Shown here in pieces: positions 59,956 to 64,000 of a stretch of 64,000 nucleotides of DNA. The number at the start of each line of letters is the position of its first letter. Within the stretch, counting starts at the first letter, position 1. The stretch spans positions 124,001 to 188,000 of the forward strand of contig OZ025671.1 in assembly GCA_964019335.1 (NCBI GenBank), given 5' to 3'. Both the position numbers and the translations under genes were made by a program. The DNA comes from Diplonema japonicum (taxonomy: Eukaryota; Protista; Euglenozoa: Diplonemea). The notes under the pieces were generated by a model that did no database searches, was not told the origin of the DNA, and saw only the letters and a list, made by a program, of their open reading frames with translations.

Positions 59956-60077
59956 GAACTGGCCGTTGCTTGTATGCCGTTTGGGTGGAAACATGGAGAA
60001 AAGTTTAGAACCCATAAAACACATTGCCTACGTTCCCCCTTTTCTTTGCTTAGACAAGTCAAAAACTCGTTCTTGCA
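59956..60077. repeat. family R1 copy
   Basis: ggaactggccgttg..ttgcctacgttcccc..ttagacaagtcaaaaactcgttcttgc. Confidence 0.8.
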
Positions 60078-60263
60078 AAAAAAAAGGGGGTGAAAGGGGG
60101 GGGGGTGTAAATCTTGAAAGTTGAAAAATATGTTTTTTTTTTCTTTTTTTAAAGTTTTCTTTTTAATCTGATTGGTCGTGGTAGTATTTCTTCGTTCTCC
60201 CTCTTTTTTTTTTTTTTTCTTCTTTTTTTTTTTCTGTTTTTTGTTTTTTTTTTTTTCCCCCCC

Positions 60264-60630
60264 CACTCTTCGTCATTTTCTTCACTCACTAGGGGGCCTC
60301 ATAATTTAATGCGAAACGGCAGTTAAATTATGAGATTTTGGAGTTAAATTATGGGGTATTTTGACTATTCTTGGCCATCTGAGGTCATTCCGACTCTTAA
60401 AAGTGCTTTACTTCCCCCCTATAATGCTACGGCGATATAGCTATCTTGTATTTTTACCTTAGGGAAATCCCCAAAAAGCTGGCCCGTGTGAGGAAACAGC
60501 AGAGTCAAATGACGAAGAGTGAAATAAAACGACTTACTTGCCGCCAAATGAGCCATTATTTAACACTCGCTACCGTTTTCGGGAAACTCGAGTTAAATAA
60601 TGACTCATAATTTGTTGGCAATAAATAGCT
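60264..60630. mobile_element. family R2 copy
   Basis: Colinear with 4964-5403; inverted repeat at 60264 and ~60507-60521. Confidence 0.85.
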
Positions 60631-60853
60631 TTTTTCTTTTTTTGCTTTGTATTATTTCATTTCCCCTTGCCTTTTCTTCTCCTGCCCTAAATAGGCTGTA
60701 TAATATGTGTGTGTATGTCTTTTCTTTTTTCCCTTTTGTTTTGGACCAGTAAAAAAAAAGAAAAAAAAATCCTGCCACTCGAGCGAATTTCTTCCCGTGA
60801 GTGTTACGAAATAAATTGATTTTCTTTTCATGAAGGGTGTAAAGGTATCAGGG

Positions 60854-60891
<38 letters not shown>

Positions 60892-61814
60892 CAGTATCGT
60901 ACTGGTTGTGTAAAGTCCAAAAAAAAAAGCACACTTCTTTCTAGAACCGGAGAGAACAGAGACGGTAATGGGAATAAAGAAATTCTGTATATAGTTTCTA
61001 TCAAGCACTAACCGAGTCCGAGAATTTACTCTTTTTTCTTTTTTTAAAAAAAAAAACTCTTTTAGCAATGTGTGTAACCATTTTCTTTTTGAGGGGGGAA
61101 AAAAAAAAGAGGGGAAAACCACAGAGGTTATGTAACGATATCCCCTGCGAGAGAAAAAAAAGGAGGTGGAGATTGATTACGTAAACTGCAAGTACGACAG
61201 TTTCTTTCTTTCTGTCATTCTTTCTGTAAACGTAAAAAAAATAAGGCTCAAAAATAAAAAATAATTTGGAGAATCTAATACCCAAAATGAAACAATATCC
61301 CCCCCCCCCCCCCCCGTGTGTTTTCAAAGGACTATCAACCTTTACACGGAAGGTACGGGAAGGCGAGGGTCGGAAAAAAAAAAAAAACGTTCCCTTTTAA
61401 AGAAAAAGGGGGTTCAACAATAAAGAAATAAAAAATTGAGAGCTTTAACCTGTGGAGCAAAGCTGTCGAGGGGGAGGGCTGTGTGTGTGTGTGTGTAGGT
61501 ACGCAAACCACGCTGCAAAAAGTAGCAATAGTTTCTACCAAACTTTCAATTATGTTTTTCCTTTTCATCTTTTTTCTTCTTTTTCTTTATTTTTCCCTTT
61601 TTCTTTTTTTTGACCTTGGGTACTAAAAAACGCTATGAAAAAAAAAAAAAAAAAAAAAAAAAAAACCAAAACAAAAACACAAAAAAAAAAAAAAAAGGGA
61701 CGGGGACAACCCTTCCAATTTTTTTCTCCCCCCTAACTTTTAACATTTAAACGGATTGTCTTATTGTCAACCTACATTTTTTTTTTTTTCCTTTTTTTTT
61801 TTTTTTTTAAACTA

Positions 61815-62771
61815 TCACATTACCTTATTGCCAACTGGATCGTAACAACAAACAACGAAAGCCCCCGATGAGGTTCTGGAAACGCCGGAGCCGAGGCATC
61901 TCGACGAGGCCCACACCAACTGGGTGTAGTTTCTAGCGTAACGCAGCCCAGTCACACCGCCACCAACCTGCTGGTAATAGATACCCTCACGCACCCACGC
62001 ATCAACAGCAGCTTGAATAAGCTGACAATCCGTCAATCTCGTCGCCTTCTGCCCCGGAATGAAATGCACATTAGTGCCCTGCAAAGGAACCGCTCGACCG
62101 GCATCAGTACACACTGCAGCATGCGCGGCCGCCTTGTGCATCAAGGCCAACGAGACTGTTAGTGAAGGACAACTACTTTTTGACCGAATCACATTATGAG
62201 CAGCCACCGCCATCTCCTGCACTGTCATAATGGTGTCATCGTCATCGCTTGTGTCATATTGCGGTTGTGCGAGGCTGGCACGGCGCGACTCACAGTACAT
62301 ACTGTCAACGTAGGCAATGCTGAGCCTGTCCACAAGGGCATCCTCTACACTTGTTGCTGGTGTTGGTTTGACGTGTCTTTTGTAGTAGTCAACACTTGCT
62401 GTTATCTTGTCCTCTAGTGCCTTGGCGTTCACGGGTGTCCAGTCTGTCTTGTTCGCTCCTGTTAAAAGCCTTGCGTAGTTGTTGTTGTTGTTGTTGTGTT
62501 TCGGTGATGATACTGGGGGTGCTCTTCTGCCTGTGTTCTGTGCCGGGCTGTCCCACACGCCCTTCGACATGAACTCTTTTAGTAGTATGGCTGCTCGTTG
62601 TTGTGCTTCCTCTGGTGTCCGTGGTTTTGCGTCCATGCTCCCCTGTTGGACGAGCATTTTCGCCAATCTTAACGCATCCTCAGGTGTTGCCACAGCGTCC
62701 CTCATCGACCTCACCGAGTCGGGGTTAGGGTGTGCTGGACTTTTATAGGGGTACATCACTCCGTTGTACAT
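61815..62771 (-). CDS. CAP/SCP (PR-1-like) domain protein, no signal peptide
   Basis: AHNVIRS; YTQLVWASS..G..FVVCCYDPVGN. Confidence 0.9.
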   Translation of the reverse strand: MYNGVMYPYKSPAHPNPDSVRSMRDAVATPEDALRLAKMLVQQGSMDAKPRTPEEAQQRAAILLKEFMSKGVWDSPAQNTGRRAPPVSSPKHNNNNNNYARLLTGANKTDWTPVNAKALEDKITASVDYYKRHVKPTPATSVEDALVDRLSIAYVDSMYCESRRASLAQPQYDTSDDDDTIMTVQEMAVAAHNVIRSKSSCPSLTVSLALMHKAAAHAAVCTDAGRAVPLQGTNVHFIPGQKATRLTDCQLIQAAVDAWVREGIYYQQVGGGVTGLRYARNYTQLVWASSRCLGSGVSRTSSGAFVVCCYDPVGNKVM

Positions 62772-63251
62772 TTCTTGGTGATGGGCCCCTGGAAAGTTTT
62801 TTTTTTTTTTAAATTGTTTTGGTGATCGTTTTGAATAGGAAAAAAAAAAGGGAAAGAAATCGAAAAAAAAAAAAGGAAAAAAAAAAAAAAGAGCTCACTT
62901 TTCTCTTATTTGTTCTTTTTTCGAATATTTCTCTTATCAACGCACGAAGAAACACATGGATTACATAAAAAAGAAAAAAGAAGGGGGGGGGAAAGGGGGA
63001 GAAAGAAAGAGAAAGGGTGAGTATGCAAAGAGGGGGTTGTACTGTTCCTCACTTTTTCATTTACTTTTTCTTTTCATCCCCGCCTGAGGGGTTTTTTTTT
63101 TGTTTTTGTTTTGATTTGCTGCGGTCGTTTCTCACTAAAAGGCTTTTGAGAGGAAAAATAAAAGAGAAGGTGGGGAGAGGGGAATTGACATTACTTTTGT
63201 TTTCTTTCCACCCTCTCCCCCTCCCCCCCACTTTTCTTTTTTTTTTTGAAC

Positions 63252-64000
63252 TTACTGTAAAGCTTCCCACCTAACCGAAGATAGCGCAAAGGTAGCACCG
63301 ACAAAGGCCCCGAACATAGAGAAAAAACAAATCAATGTAAGAAGAAGCACAAGGTGCTTTATGGGAAGTCCCGCGATAAGATTCTGCGGGGCGGCATCTC
63401 CCGGCTTGCCAGAATCAGGCGATCGGATCTGTCTTTTCGACTTCCTAGCCGGCGACCCGTTACTAGACGGTGCGGAGGTGCTGCCAGTACCAGGGGACCC
63501 GGGGTTCACATGCTTGTTCACATACTTCGCAACAAGTAAATCAATTGGCTTCCCTGCTTTTTTCAACTCCTTCAAACCCGATTTCTCAATCGTCATTTTG
63601 AGCAATTTCGGGCAGGAGTCGACCCAGTTCACCCGTGCTTTCGAGTACATCTTAACCTGACCATCCTCACCAGTAAACATATGGAAGGATTCTGTTCGAA
63701 ACGACGCTCCATACATTATATCAGGAACCTGCCCTGACCGGTGGAACGACAGCTTCTCCACCCCGCCTTCTTTGGAATACGCGAATCGATGTGCTTCGGT
63801 GTACGATTTCGGACCGAACGGGGTGCTTCCTATGCAGTTCATCACCCGCATCCCACCGAACTGGTCAGTCTTTGCCCACGGCCCTATTTGGATGTTCTCG
63901 TCATTGCGGCTTACATGGTAATCGTTGGTGTAGCCGGACTGGTCGGATAACAGAATGTGCCATAATTGCTGGATTGTGCAAGGGAGAATGACTGTTGAAC
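63252..64000 (-). CDS. VASt (StARkin) domain membrane protein, 5'-partial
   Basis: Frame is open to the window edge; PDIMYGASFRTE; C-terminal TM helix; a further 3' exon is possible. Confidence 0.8.
   Translation of the reverse strand, partial: STVILPCTIQQLWHILLSDQSGYTNDYHVSRNDENIQIGPWAKTDQFGGMRVMNCIGSTPFGPKSYTEAHRFAYSKEGGVEKLSFHRSGQVPDIMYGASFRTESFHMFTGEDGQVKMYSKARVNWVDSCPKLLKMTIEKSGLKELKKAGKPIDLLVAKYVNKHVNPGSPGTGSTSAPSSNGSPARKSKRQIRSPDSGKPGDAAPQNLIAGLPIKHLVLLLTLICFFSMFGAFVGATFALSSVRWEALQ

Noticed and set aside
1-64000. CRISPR arrays, tRNA genes, telomeric repeats
   Set aside because: None recognised by eye; exact homopolymer lengths may also include sequencing error

Overview
Eukaryotic DNA extremely rich in A/T (and G/C) homopolymers. 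All 22 supportable host genes lie on the minus strand, several only about 90-125 bp apart, and many have tiny (32-72 nt) GT-AG introns. This suggests a euglenozoan, probably diplonemid-type, co-directional gene cluster (inference). Genes include a GT10 fucosyltransferase, WWE-WGR PARP, UBE2S, FATP/SLC27, PEX11-like, BCAS2, OMP decarboxylase, a DUSP, Elongin B-like, a giant C2/annexin/DG-repeat protein, and CAP and VASt proteins. Gene-poor stretches (1-14.6 kb, 43.5-47.5 kb, 57.6-61.8 kb) hold DNA-transposon derivatives and short repeats. The main finding is a set of non-coding retroposons headed by HDV-like self-cleaving ribozymes, three of which fold fully by eye, all sense to the host genes. 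One sits 7 nt behind a terminator-less 5S rRNA sequence. A second copy of the same element starts exactly at the predicted cleavage nucleotide. A third, compact ribozyme heads a related element inside a FATP intron, with a target-site duplication. All folds, splice sites and domain calls were made by eye; no searches were run.
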